A DNA stretch of 64,000 nt from Kiritimatiellia bacterium (GTDB lineage Bacteria; Verrucomicrobiota; Kiritimatiellia; RFP12; DVOR01). The stretch lies in NCBI GenBank assembly GCA_031552845.1, contig JAVBMC010000046.1:863-64862 (forward strand). The letters run 5' to 3'. The notes under the pieces were generated by a model that was not told where the DNA came from, ran no database searches, and was given only the letters and a program-made list of their open reading frames with translations. The position numbers were made by a program, and so were the translations under genes. Positions 45,975 through 55,410 of the stretch are shown here, in pieces; position 1 is the stretch's first letter, and each line of letters begins with the position of its first letter.

Positions 45975-48900
45975 ATGAGCCGTTTATCAAAGAAAGTAGC
46001 CTTTGGGTGTCTTGTTGCCGTTTGCATGATTTTGAACGCGAGGGCAGCCTACGAAAATCATGTAGTTACCTCTGACGGGGAAATTGAGCTGGGGGTCTGG
46101 AACACAAATTTGACAAAAGCCCGAACTTATGCGGAATCGCAGAATCTGCCGTTGGTTGCGGTATGGAGTGATACAAATTGCGGAATGTGTTCACATTTCG
46201 CCTCCAATTGTTTAGAGAGAGTTACTTTTAAATCGTGGCAGGCTACGAATGGATTAGTCATGGTTTATATTCATGAGCCGTTTAGGAGAATGACGCCCGA
46301 AATTACATGGATATTGGGATCCAACTCCAGCAGATCCCTCCCCCTAATTCGTTTTTATTGGAAAAAAGCGGACGGCACGACTTACAACCAATATACGAAT
46401 GGTCGGGCTTCGCGGTTTTTGAAATTTGTGCCCAAAGGCACAGCTAGGGATGATGAGTTTGCTGTAAGTTTTATTGGTGCAATTAACGCCGCATTTGCAG
46501 GCTATGAGCCGATGTTAACCGGTCCTGCAACAGATGCGTGGGATCCGGCGGATGATAGTGCCAGTGGTGCGACTAATGTGACGGTGTCGCTTGATTCACC
46601 GGTATGGACGTCAACGAAGCATTATTTGAATCAAGATGATACCAGCGATTGGTATAAGTTTGATGTCGATGCAGGTTCAACAAATTTATTGTGGGTGACG
46701 GGGTTGCAGACGAATAATGCTGTCACGAATCTAAACGTGTCGTTGTACCTAGAGGGCGCAACGGCTGGTGAGCCTTCAGGAACAGCCACGCACACAACGA
46801 ATTTGGTCAAGTTGCTTAATGTCGAAAATGCTTACAAGTACGAAAACACGAGTGGGTCGGCCTTGTGGGCCTGTGTGTCGCGCAAGGCAGGGACAAATGC
46901 AACGGTTTCGTATACGCTCAACATGAAGCAATATATGCCGTGCGCCTTTTCATTGAACACGAATGTGGTGAATGTAAAAGAAGGCAGCACATTTAAAGTA
47001 GTGGTCTCGCGTGAGGGTGACGATAAAGCCTTTGTGACAACCAATATGGTTAAGTTTGTGTTAGATGACGGCACTCCTGCTAGAGACTATGTCACGACCC
47101 CAGATACCACCGTAGTTTGGCAGCCTGCCGATAATGCCAAAACTGTGACAGTTGCTACGATCAGAAGCGATGGCAAATGGAATCCGGACCGCAATTTTAA
47201 TGTGGTCTTAACGTCTGATGAGGTTAGGCATGCGCCAATTACTCCGCATATGACGCAGACCGTGACGGTTGCAGAAATTACCGCCGCCAAGCGTGGTACA
47301 TTTGCGATAACTCAGGTGACAATGCCTGACAGAGTGCCTCTATATCAAGTACCTTATAGTGCCACATTAAAGCCTGTCGTATGGGAAGGTGAGCGCGTGC
47401 ACTTGAGTGTTGCACGTTCAGGAGGTGTTGATGATGATGCCATCGTTCGACTTTATTGGGCTGGAACCACGAATGAAATTGGTATAATTCAAGAAACGTG
47501 GACAAATAAGGAGAGCGTAGTCGAGAAGGTCTTGGAATTTACGGTGCCAACCGTGACTGGTGTGCAACCGCCAACGCAGGTGTCTGTTGACATTCGTGCT
47601 TGGAGCCCTGGCTTGGAGTCAACAAGTTTGGCAAATGCAAAGGCCTCGAATTTGTCATTGACCGTGAATGATGCCGGATATGTGAAGTCATTGGCAGATT
47701 TCATTAAAACGGATGCGATTAAGTGGACCACCGTTGCAACAACACCATGGTTTGTTTCGGTGGGCGGACTTACGGCTGCGGGTTCCAATGCGACGTTGAC
47801 GGCGTCGTTGACAGGACCGGGATTGCTATCGTTTGTTCCGTCCGGCGATGTTGATGCGCTATCAGTGCAAGTTGGCAAGGACACAGTAAACGCTTTGACG
47901 GTTGCAGACCATGCAAGTTCAAATGTAACAGTGGCTATCCCTTCAGGCAGGCAGGCGGTTACCTTACGCTATGGAGGGGCAGGAAACACAAACGTTTTCC
48001 TTAATGCAGTCGAGTTCACGCCGGCCAAGGCCGGGGTGACGGTGATTTCGCCGCGTAGTGGCGCGGTCGTGGCGGCGACGAATGATTTGCCGTTGGTGTG
48101 GGAAGCTTTGTCCGGGGCAGCGGTCACTTACACGGTAGCTGGTGGAACTTCGACGAGAGACATTGAGGAGGTTCAGGCTAATGCGGTTTCGCCGTATTCG
48201 ACAGATCTGTTCGCAGTCAAGGGAACACGTTATTGGCGGGTGGACTCGGTGGTAACCGATACGTTTGGCGGGGAGCTTTCGTTTGTCGGCACCGCGCAGA
48301 AGGTGACAGTTGTTGATGCGGATGGGCCGCAATTTGACCGCGAGGCGTTGGCGGTGGCGTATCCTAGTAATCCGAATGCGGACGGCTGGGATAATACCGG
48401 CATGATGCTCTCACAGGAGGATTTGTATGTCGGGTTGCTCACGAATATCCGTTTGCCGTTAGTTGATTCTGCCGACACAGTGAGGAGGCTCTCTGGGACG
48501 TTGCCCGCAGGATTGACACTCAAGAAGGTTGAGGATGAGTGGTATGTGACGGGGTATCCAACACGGGGGGGCGATTATACTGCGGTGTTGCAGGCGATGG
48601 CCGGTCGGACGGCGGGCGTGACGCTTTCACTGCAGATGCACGTGGAGGCTTTGCCCGCAGAGGTGGTGGGAACGTTTAATGGTTATCAGTCATTTGCGGA
48701 TGTTACGACGGATGAGCCGTTTGCCGTGCCACTGAAGGTGACAGTGTCGTCAGTCGGCAAAATTTCAGCTACGCTCACGGCGCAAGGGAAGAGGTATACG
48801 CTTAAGGCTAATGGGTTTGATTCCCGTCTTGAGGATGACCCGATCGCGGGCGTGAGGTTTGCGGTGTCCAATGGCTTGGCATTGACTACAGGCTCTGGCA

Positions 48901-50072
48901 GGACGCTTGTGAGCTATCCGATTATTCTGGAAACAGGTGCCGAAGTGGCGCCTGCCGGTGACTATGAGGGGGCGTGGAGCGGAACCTTGCATATTACAAA
49001 TGCAAACACGGTTGTCGATGCGCCATTTATTGTTGAAGCGGGATATGCGTTGCGTGATGGGTCAAAAGATAAAACCGCGACGATGCAAGTATTCCGTACG
49101 GATGGTTTTAATCTTTATAAGGGATATTACACCGCCGGGGTGCTGGGCGACGGCGTGACCTACGGTAATGGCTATTTAACGTTCACCGTCGGCACCAAGG
49201 GCTCAACGAAGATTGCCGGTAAGTTGGCAGATGGACAAGCAGTCTCCGCGAGCACGGTCCTGATGCCTTATGTGGGCGAGGATGGAGAAATTTATGGTTA
49301 CCTTCCGTTCGGTGTTGCTCCCAGCATTTATAAGGGAGGTGAATTCTTTGCCGAATCCTTATTCGCGTCTGATGGCACAGTTACTAATGGCGTGACCTCG
49401 TGGCGGAATCTAACCCCTGCAAACGGGAATTCAAACAATCTGCCTGTTGTTCTGATTGGTGCGCGTTATGCGCAGTTGACGAACCTTCGTCAAATTCTCG
49501 TGACAAATTCCGTACAAGTTTCGGAGTGGGTGAAGGTTTCCGATAATGATGGCCGTTTCAATGTGTTTCAAATCAACAGCAAGGGAACAGGTGTGCAGAC
49601 GCTGAATGCTGAAGAGGTTTATGTTGAAGGTGCTGATGAGTCTGTGAAATTAGTGCTTACACCCAAAACTGGAATTTATTCGGGTACATTTACTTCCGAT
49701 CGGACTAGAATATCGTTCTACGGTATTTTGGTGCCCAGTTTGTGGAGCGGTGCTGAACCGTTCTTTGGCGTTGGGTTTTATACATGGTTGCCTGTTGGCG
49801 CGAACCGAAAATCATCTGCTGCATTTGACTTATCATCATTTGATGATAGTGGGCTATCGTTCGTGGATACCAGTATTCAAAGCGGTTCTTCTAGTGCCAT
49901 CAGCAGTTTTGGCAGTGGTAGCATAATCCGTAGTGGCGGCGCGGTGCTTTCCGACCCTTCGCCTATTGGTGGTGCTGATCAGCAAGGTGAAGTTGGAGTG
50001 CCGCCATTTGACTTTTTGCCTCCTCCTTCTCCGCCTCCCGCGCCCCAGGTGCCACCACCGTTGACGTTTTGA
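45975..50072 (+). CDS. Giant secreted protein: N-terminal thioredoxin-like CxxC domain, PPC-like and Calx-beta/Ig-like repeats, Pro-rich C-terminus
   Basis: ATG 45975 after AGGAG, with a signal peptide. Thioredoxin-like block NLPLVAVWSDTNCGMCSHFASN..GLVMVYIHE. PPC-like DWYKFDVDAG. Calx-beta-like FKVVVSREGDDKAFVTT. Ends PPPSPPPAPQVPPPLTF. Confidence 0.7.
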   Translation: MSRLSKKVAFGCLVAVCMILNARAAYENHVVTSDGEIELGVWNTNLTKARTYAESQNLPLVAVWSDTNCGMCSHFASNCLERVTFKSWQATNGLVMVYIHEPFRRMTPEITWILGSNSSRSLPLIRFYWKKADGTTYNQYTNGRASRFLKFVPKGTARDDEFAVSFIGAINAAFAGYEPMLTGPATDAWDPADDSASGATNVTVSLDSPVWTSTKHYLNQDDTSDWYKFDVDAGSTNLLWVTGLQTNNAVTNLNVSLYLEGATAGEPSGTATHTTNLVKLLNVENAYKYENTSGSALWACVSRKAGTNATVSYTLNMKQYMPCAFSLNTNVVNVKEGSTFKVVVSREGDDKAFVTTNMVKFVLDDGTPARDYVTTPDTTVVWQPADNAKTVTVATIRSDGKWNPDRNFNVVLTSDEVRHAPITPHMTQTVTVAEITAAKRGTFAITQVTMPDRVPLYQVPYSATLKPVVWEGERVHLSVARSGGVDDDAIVRLYWAGTTNEIGIIQETWTNKESVVEKVLEFTVPTVTGVQPPTQVSVDIRAWSPGLESTSLANAKASNLSLTVNDAGYVKSLADFIKTDAIKWTTVATTPWFVSVGGLTAAGSNATLTASLTGPGLLSFVPSGDVDALSVQVGKDTVNALTVADHASSNVTVAIPSGRQAVTLRYGGAGNTNVFLNAVEFTPAKAGVTVISPRSGAVVAATNDLPLVWEALSGAAVTYTVAGGTSTRDIEEVQANAVSPYSTDLFAVKGTRYWRVDSVVTDTFGGELSFVGTAQKVTVVDADGPQFDREALAVAYPSNPNADGWDNTGMMLSQEDLYVGLLTNIRLPLVDSADTVRRLSGTLPAGLTLKKVEDEWYVTGYPTRGGDYTAVLQAMAGRTAGVTLSLQMHVEALPAEVVGTFNGYQSFADVTTDEPFAVPLKVTVSSVGKISATLTAQGKRYTLKANGFDSRLEDDPIAGVRFAVSNGLALTTGSGRTLVSYPIILETGAEVAPAGDYEGAWSGTLHITNANTVVDAPFIVEAGYALRDGSKDKTATMQVFRTDGFNLYKGYYTAGVLGDGVTYGNGYLTFTVGTKGSTKIAGKLADGQAVSASTVLMPYVGEDGEIYGYLPFGVAPSIYKGGEFFAESLFASDGTVTNGVTSWRNLTPANGNSNNLPVVLIGARYAQLTNLRQILVTNSVQVSEWVKVSDNDGRFNVFQINSKGTGVQTLNAEEVYVEGADESVKLVLTPKTGIYSGTFTSDRTRISFYGILVPSLWSGAEPFFGVGFYTWLPVGANRKSSAAFDLSSFDDSGLSFVDTSIQSGSSSAISSFGSGSIIRSGGAVLSDPSPIGGADQQGEVGVPPFDFLPPPSPPPAPQVPPPLTF

Positions 50073-50175
50073 AGACGAGTGCAGAGAACGGATTGCCGGG
50101 CAAATCGATGTCTTCCATAGAAGGGTCGATTTGTTTGGTCTAACGAGTAAAGATTTTGAGAAACGGAGTAAGTCC

Positions 50176-53100
50176 ATGATGAAAAATATGAGTCGCGTAG
50201 TTAAGGTAGCGGCCTTGGTAGTAATCAGCCAGTTGGGCGTCTGGCGTGCGTCGGCAGATGACGTAGCGTTGCCAGTGGTAATATCGGGTGAACCGGTCAT
50301 GGGGCAGTGGTATGGCTATTCAACACCAAGTAATGGCGTCGTAGGCTCTTTCTCAAACGTACTTCAACTGGCAAAGATGAGCCATGTGCCGGTTTTGGTG
50401 CTATGGAGCAATACCGGTTGCAATATCTGTCGGAATTTTGAGCAAGATACATTGAATACTTCTGCCATCCAAGATTGGATGGCAACACGCAATGTTGCTT
50501 TTTTGTATTATAAAGGCAACCTTGTTAAAAACACTGACACTGCGGCTCCTGATTGTCAAATGGCATTTGAGTTTACTCGAAAAGCTGGTGCATCCTTCCC
50601 GATGTATAGATTTATTTGGTATAAATCTGATGGGACGGTTGTTGATAGTGGTGCCGGGGGGACGTTTGCAGAGTATACGCCTGCACAATTTACCAACCGT
50701 ATGGAAAAGCTACTGGCAGGATATGATAACCAAGGCTCTTTGAACCCTTACCGTGGCGGTGCGTTTGAGTGTGGTGATGATACAAATCCACTGGCGCGTC
50801 TGGAGGCGGAGCCGTCTACCGAGTGGGTGGAGGTGCCGTTGCTTCGCAAAATTGTAACGATGGCGTATACGAACGAGTTGGTGGCGACTTTTCCGAATGG
50901 AGCGGCGGTGACGAATCGGGTGGAGTGGGAGGTTGGTCAGACGAATGCTCATGTGAAGTTCACCGGTATTGATGCACAGTATCAAGAGGGTGCAAAGGTT
51001 GAGCTCGTCTTGCGGGGTGTCGAAGAGGATGAAGTTTGGACGAATGCAATTACCTATGTGGCAGCACCTGATAATTCAACGCAGAATCCGTGGTGGATTG
51101 GTGAGAAGACTGTTGATGATTTGCCTTTCGGGCAGTGGACGATGGATTTGGATGTAGCGACGAATAAAGTGGCTGCAACTGAGGATTCTGCCTATACGTT
51201 GGTGTTGTTCACCGGTGCGTTGTGGTGTCCGTGGTGCAATGGTTTCGACAAGGGCGTTTGGGAGAAGGATGAATTTAAGGATTTCGTGCGAACGAATAAC
51301 ATTGCCTTGGTGGAGATTGAGGCGACCCGCCGTGTGGAATCAAATGCTGTGACTGCACCGACGTTGATGCGGCATGAGATTGACGCAGCCCGCACCGGCA
51401 AGAGCGGCAGCAGTTATCTGTCGCGCAAAATGATCACCATTCCTCAAGCCGAGGATGTGTTGGAGCGTACGCGCGTTTTGGGATATCAAACATGGAAGAC
51501 CCCGTCATCAGTGCGTACTGGATATCCGACTGTGTTGCTGCTGCGCAAGGATGGAACAATTGCCGGGCGCATGTCGTATTCGGCGACAAGTGATTATGAG
51601 TTTGATCTTGAGGCGAACTTGCAGCGTCTGCGTGAGATGTTGACGCTGGTGGATGATCCGGAGGAAGAGGCGAACAATGACTTGGCGACAACCCGTGCTG
51701 AGTTGAGTGTTGGTGCGGTCACGAACGGCACCTTGCAGGCATCCGACACTACGGATATCTTTAAGCTGACCGGCGTGCGCGGCGGTTCTTGTGCCGTGAG
51801 CGTCAGCGGGCCTGAGTCGGCGAATGTGACGCTGTCGATTCAGAAGGTGACGGCGGCAGGAACGCAGATCTTGAGTCGGGTGTCCGGCGACTGGTCGACG
51901 AATGTGTTGACTGTCGCGGCTGATGGCGTGGATGGTGAGAATTGCTTTGTCGTATTGCAGGGTGCCTCGTCATCGTTTGTTTCGCTGGGCAATACCGCTT
52001 GGACGGTGAAGAGTTATACGCTGACGGTGGATCCGGTTCTCGTGCCGCAGGAAACCGATTCCTTTGCGACCTTCCCGGCAGGAACATCTGTTGGCCTGCA
52101 GATTGTTGAGAATCAAATCTATCGTTTGGAGCCGAGTGCAGGTTTGACGGCTAATATCGCCGAGCTGGAACAGGATGCGGACGATACGAGTTTGTTCCAT
52201 GCATTGACCACCGGAACGACTACGCTGGGTTTGGCCGCGGGCGGGCGTTTGGAATGGCGTGTTTGGAAACCCGGCACGCTCGGTTTTAATTTAGCATCGC
52301 TAACAGTCTCCGAAACAACTGGAACGGTTCATATAGCGGTCAGCCGTACGAATGGTACGTCGGGAGCATGTTCGGTTCAAGTTTCTGTTGATCCGTTGCA
52401 GACGACGGCTGTTGCGGGTGAACGTTTCACCTCGCCTGCCGGCACGGTGTTGACGTGGAACGATGGCGAAACCGGAGTGAAGACGTTCGACTTTATCGTG
52501 CTGGATGATTTGATCTATACAGGCACCGAGATGGTTGGGCTGATGCTGAGCGTGACAGCAGGACACGCCGCGCTTGATGCGGCAAAGACCAACCTGTTGA
52601 TTTCCATCACCGAGAATGATAAGGCGATTCCCGGGCGCTTGGCGTTTACAGGTTCAACACCTGCGCTGGCGAAGATTACCGCGCCGTCTGTCGTCGCACG
52701 TGAGTCCACCACGGTGGAGCTGGAAGTCTCCCGTGTCGAAGGCGCTTATGGCGTGGCCGCTGCGGCATTGACAACGACAGCCGGCGTGTTGAACACTAAC
52801 CGCTTGGAGTGGAGCAGCAACGACCGCCAGCCGACCAAGAGGTTTTCTATTACGCTGCCTGCCTTGGCAGATTTGACGAAGAACACTGTGATAGTCAAGC
52901 TGGTGCCGGAGGGCATTAGGGCTGTCACAGGCAAGGGCGATGTGGATATCGTGGTTGTGGCGGCTGATGCCCCGGCGTTTGCTGTGGACACCATCACCGA
53001 AGCCATTCCGCAGTATGTCAACTTCTCGCGCGAAATAACCGTCAGCGCATCTCCTGACGCGTCTGTCACGATTACGAAGCTGAGCGGTGCGTTGCCTTCC

Positions 53101-54549
53101 GGTATCACTGCCAAATATGACAAGACGCTTGGAGCGGTGGTGTTGGCCGGCGTGCCGAGCAAGGCGGGACAATATGAGGCCGTCTACCAAGTCAAGCAGG
53201 TGCTGAACCGCGTCACAACGGTTGGCTATACGCTGCACATCAATCTGAACGTGCTGACGCTAGATACCCTGAACGCCAACACAGCCATCAAGCGGATTAT
53301 TCAAACTTCGCCGGTGTTGGAAGATGTGATGACGGTCGATGCGAACGATGTTACCAACTTCACCCAGCGTGTCCGGGGCGTGCTGACCATGACGCTGTCG
53401 CCCAAGGGCAAACTCTCGGCCAAGTATATCAATGCGCAGCAGACGGTTTCGTTCTCCGGTTCGGCATGGTCGGCCTTTGAGGAAGCCTCAAGCAACGTCA
53501 CGGCCGAGGTTCTGTCGAAGAATGGTTATTCGCTGGCCGTCCGCTTACAAGAGAGCGGTGTGGTCGATGCCATGATTGCCGATCCGAACGTGACAGATGA
53601 AAATGGCCACCCCAAGCAATTGTCGGTTGTCGTCTCTGACGCGGTTTGGAGCAAGACCAATCTTGCCTCCCGTTATGCAGGGTATTACACCATCAGCCTT
53701 GGCCAGAACGGTCAGCTGGAGGATGGCAATCCCGATACGGTTGATTGCCCGGTTTCCGGGTCGGGTTATTTGACGCTGACATTGTCATCTACAGGCGAGA
53801 AGACCGGTAAGATGTCGTACGCAGGCTGCTTGCCGGATGGTAAGAAAATCAGCGGCTCGTCGGTGCTGATGCCGGGCGCATCTGATGAAGACGATGCTTG
53901 GCTGCCGATCTTTGTCAAGTCAAGCGGACACGTTGTCTCGGCACTTTTGCGTGTGCGTGCCGACGGTGCGGAAACCTACAGCATTGATCCCTGGGTAGTT
54001 CACGCCGTTGAGGATGTACACACCTTGTGGGCGTATGCTGACACCCGCAATGCGCGTGCCTTCACGCTCAGCTTTGATGTCTTCGGCGGCTACTACAGCT
54101 CGGCAATCGATTTGCTCGAAGCCTATGAAGTCTACGAAAGCGCAGGCCCTCTGCAAGTCCGCGTATTGGGTGATTCACTCGCAGGCAGTGCGGTTTACGG
54201 TCCCGTGCAACCCTTGCCGGCTCCGTTGAACTTGTCGGTCACAAACACAGCCATTAAACTTGTTTCGGGCCAGGACAACCCCCTGCGGTTGAGCTTCTCA
54301 TTGACCCGTAAGACAGGCCTCTTCAAGGGTTCCTTCCGAGTGGCATTTGCGGACAAGACCTTGTCCGCCAGCTATGCGGGCGTCCTCTTGCCCGGTTGGA
54401 CGGATTGCGGCTGCGGTGACGGCGTTGATGTCCCGGAGAAGCCGATGGGGCTGGGTGCCTTCTGGTTCACCGACAAGGCGCTCAATGCGGCAGACAAACA
54501 AATCTCTGTTCTCCGTGGTGCTGCGGTTGACCTTGAGAAGGTGCAATAA
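50176..54549 (+). CDS. Giant secreted paralog with two thioredoxin-like CxxC domains followed by Ig/Calx-like repeats
   Basis: ATG 50176 after GGAG, with a signal peptide. Trx-like 1: HVPVLVLWSNTGCNICRNFEQD..NVAFLYYKG. Trx-like 2: YTLVLFTGALWCPWCNGFDKGVWEKDEFKDFVRTNNIALVEIEA. Shares an ...YRFIWYKSDGT... block with the upstream gene. Confidence 0.7.
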   Translation: MMKNMSRVVKVAALVVISQLGVWRASADDVALPVVISGEPVMGQWYGYSTPSNGVVGSFSNVLQLAKMSHVPVLVLWSNTGCNICRNFEQDTLNTSAIQDWMATRNVAFLYYKGNLVKNTDTAAPDCQMAFEFTRKAGASFPMYRFIWYKSDGTVVDSGAGGTFAEYTPAQFTNRMEKLLAGYDNQGSLNPYRGGAFECGDDTNPLARLEAEPSTEWVEVPLLRKIVTMAYTNELVATFPNGAAVTNRVEWEVGQTNAHVKFTGIDAQYQEGAKVELVLRGVEEDEVWTNAITYVAAPDNSTQNPWWIGEKTVDDLPFGQWTMDLDVATNKVAATEDSAYTLVLFTGALWCPWCNGFDKGVWEKDEFKDFVRTNNIALVEIEATRRVESNAVTAPTLMRHEIDAARTGKSGSSYLSRKMITIPQAEDVLERTRVLGYQTWKTPSSVRTGYPTVLLLRKDGTIAGRMSYSATSDYEFDLEANLQRLREMLTLVDDPEEEANNDLATTRAELSVGAVTNGTLQASDTTDIFKLTGVRGGSCAVSVSGPESANVTLSIQKVTAAGTQILSRVSGDWSTNVLTVAADGVDGENCFVVLQGASSSFVSLGNTAWTVKSYTLTVDPVLVPQETDSFATFPAGTSVGLQIVENQIYRLEPSAGLTANIAELEQDADDTSLFHALTTGTTTLGLAAGGRLEWRVWKPGTLGFNLASLTVSETTGTVHIAVSRTNGTSGACSVQVSVDPLQTTAVAGERFTSPAGTVLTWNDGETGVKTFDFIVLDDLIYTGTEMVGLMLSVTAGHAALDAAKTNLLISITENDKAIPGRLAFTGSTPALAKITAPSVVARESTTVELEVSRVEGAYGVAAAALTTTAGVLNTNRLEWSSNDRQPTKRFSITLPALADLTKNTVIVKLVPEGIRAVTGKGDVDIVVVAADAPAFAVDTITEAIPQYVNFSREITVSASPDASVTITKLSGALPSGITAKYDKTLGAVVLAGVPSKAGQYEAVYQVKQVLNRVTTVGYTLHINLNVLTLDTLNANTAIKRIIQTSPVLEDVMTVDANDVTNFTQRVRGVLTMTLSPKGKLSAKYINAQQTVSFSGSAWSAFEEASSNVTAEVLSKNGYSLAVRLQESGVVDAMIADPNVTDENGHPKQLSVVVSDAVWSKTNLASRYAGYYTISLGQNGQLEDGNPDTVDCPVSGSGYLTLTLSSTGEKTGKMSYAGCLPDGKKISGSSVLMPGASDEDDAWLPIFVKSSGHVVSALLRVRADGAETYSIDPWVVHAVEDVHTLWAYADTRNARAFTLSFDVFGGYYSSAIDLLEAYEVYESAGPLQVRVLGDSLAGSAVYGPVQPLPAPLNLSVTNTAIKLVSGQDNPLRLSFSLTRKTGLFKGSFRVAFADKTLSASYAGVLLPGWTDCGCGDGVDVPEKPMGLGAFWFTDKALNAADKQISVLRGAAVDLEKVQ

Positions 54550-54569
54550 GAGTTTGAATAGCTTAAACA

Positions 54570-54605
54570 AAAAGCCCCGCGGTAAATGCGGGGCTTTTTG
54601 TTTTC
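54570..54605. terminator. Bidirectional rho-independent terminator between convergent genes
   Basis: AGCCCCGC-GGTAAAT-GCGGGGCT with an A-run 5' and a T-run 3'. Confidence 0.85.
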
Positions 54606-54628
54606 TGCTCTCTGATGTTGAAAGATGA

Positions 54629-55408
54629 TTAACGGTTACCGCCGCGCCCACCCGGGGGCGGACCACCGCGCCCGCCGCCCATCACGGAGCGTAAGTCGGT
54701 GTTGTCGTAAATGGTCTTGATGGTTTCTGCAAAATCCCCTTTATTCTGGCCGATTGCTGATGCATAGTCCGCCAGCAGGTATTGGCGTTCATTGCGGTAG
54801 ACCTCTTCGGCTTCACGCACGGTTTGACGGACAGCCTCGCGATCCACTTCTTCACCGGCGTCGCGTGCAGCCTGGAAAGCTTTGAACTGATCGTTGACAG
54901 CCAGCAATTTCTCGTAGTTCACCTTATGCTCCGGCGTCATCTTAGCTACATCAAATGAATCGTAGAATTCGACAACCGCTTCAGCGCGGGCTTTTTGACG
55001 TTCGACCCATTCGTTACGCCGTTTCTCCATCTCAGCGTAACGCTCGGGGTCTTCACGCTTGATGCGTTCTAACTCTTCGCGCCAGCCTTCTGGTCCACGG
55101 GGACGCCGATCCTGCGGTTGTTCTGTCTCGGCGACTTCCACTGTATCGGTGATGGTTGTGGCGGCTTCGGCGATTTCGCCAGCAAAGGTTTTGAGCTGCT
55201 GCTCCAGTCCGATAATCTTTGCCTTGAGCGCTAGGATATCATCGCTGGGCAGGCGTGTCGGTGTCGCAGACACTGACGGGGCTGCTTGCGCCGCTTGTTT
55301 TCGCAGGGCGCGGCACTCACGCAGATTATTCATACTGCTGAGCGAGGTGAATACTAGTGCAACAGCCAGCCCACCAACAGCAATCTGGTATTTTCGTTCA
55401 GTCGTCAT
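54629..55408 (-). CDS. Hypothetical membrane-anchored coiled-coil protein with Gly/Arg/Pro-rich C-terminus
   Basis: Start at ATG 55408 (MTTERKYQIAVGGLAVALVF), 2 nt after the purL stop; the track start at 55462 would overlap purL. C-terminus GGGRGGPPPGGRGGNR. Confidence 0.55.
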   Translation of the reverse strand: MTTERKYQIAVGGLAVALVFTSLSSMNNLRECRALRKQAAQAAPSVSATPTRLPSDDILALKAKIIGLEQQLKTFAGEIAEAATTITDTVEVAETEQPQDRRPRGPEGWREELERIKREDPERYAEMEKRRNEWVERQKARAEAVVEFYDSFDVAKMTPEHKVNYEKLLAVNDQFKAFQAARDAGEEVDREAVRQTVREAEEVYRNERQYLLADYASAIGQNKGDFAETIKTIYDNTDLRSVMGGGRGGPPPGGRGGNR

Positions 55409-55410
55409 AA

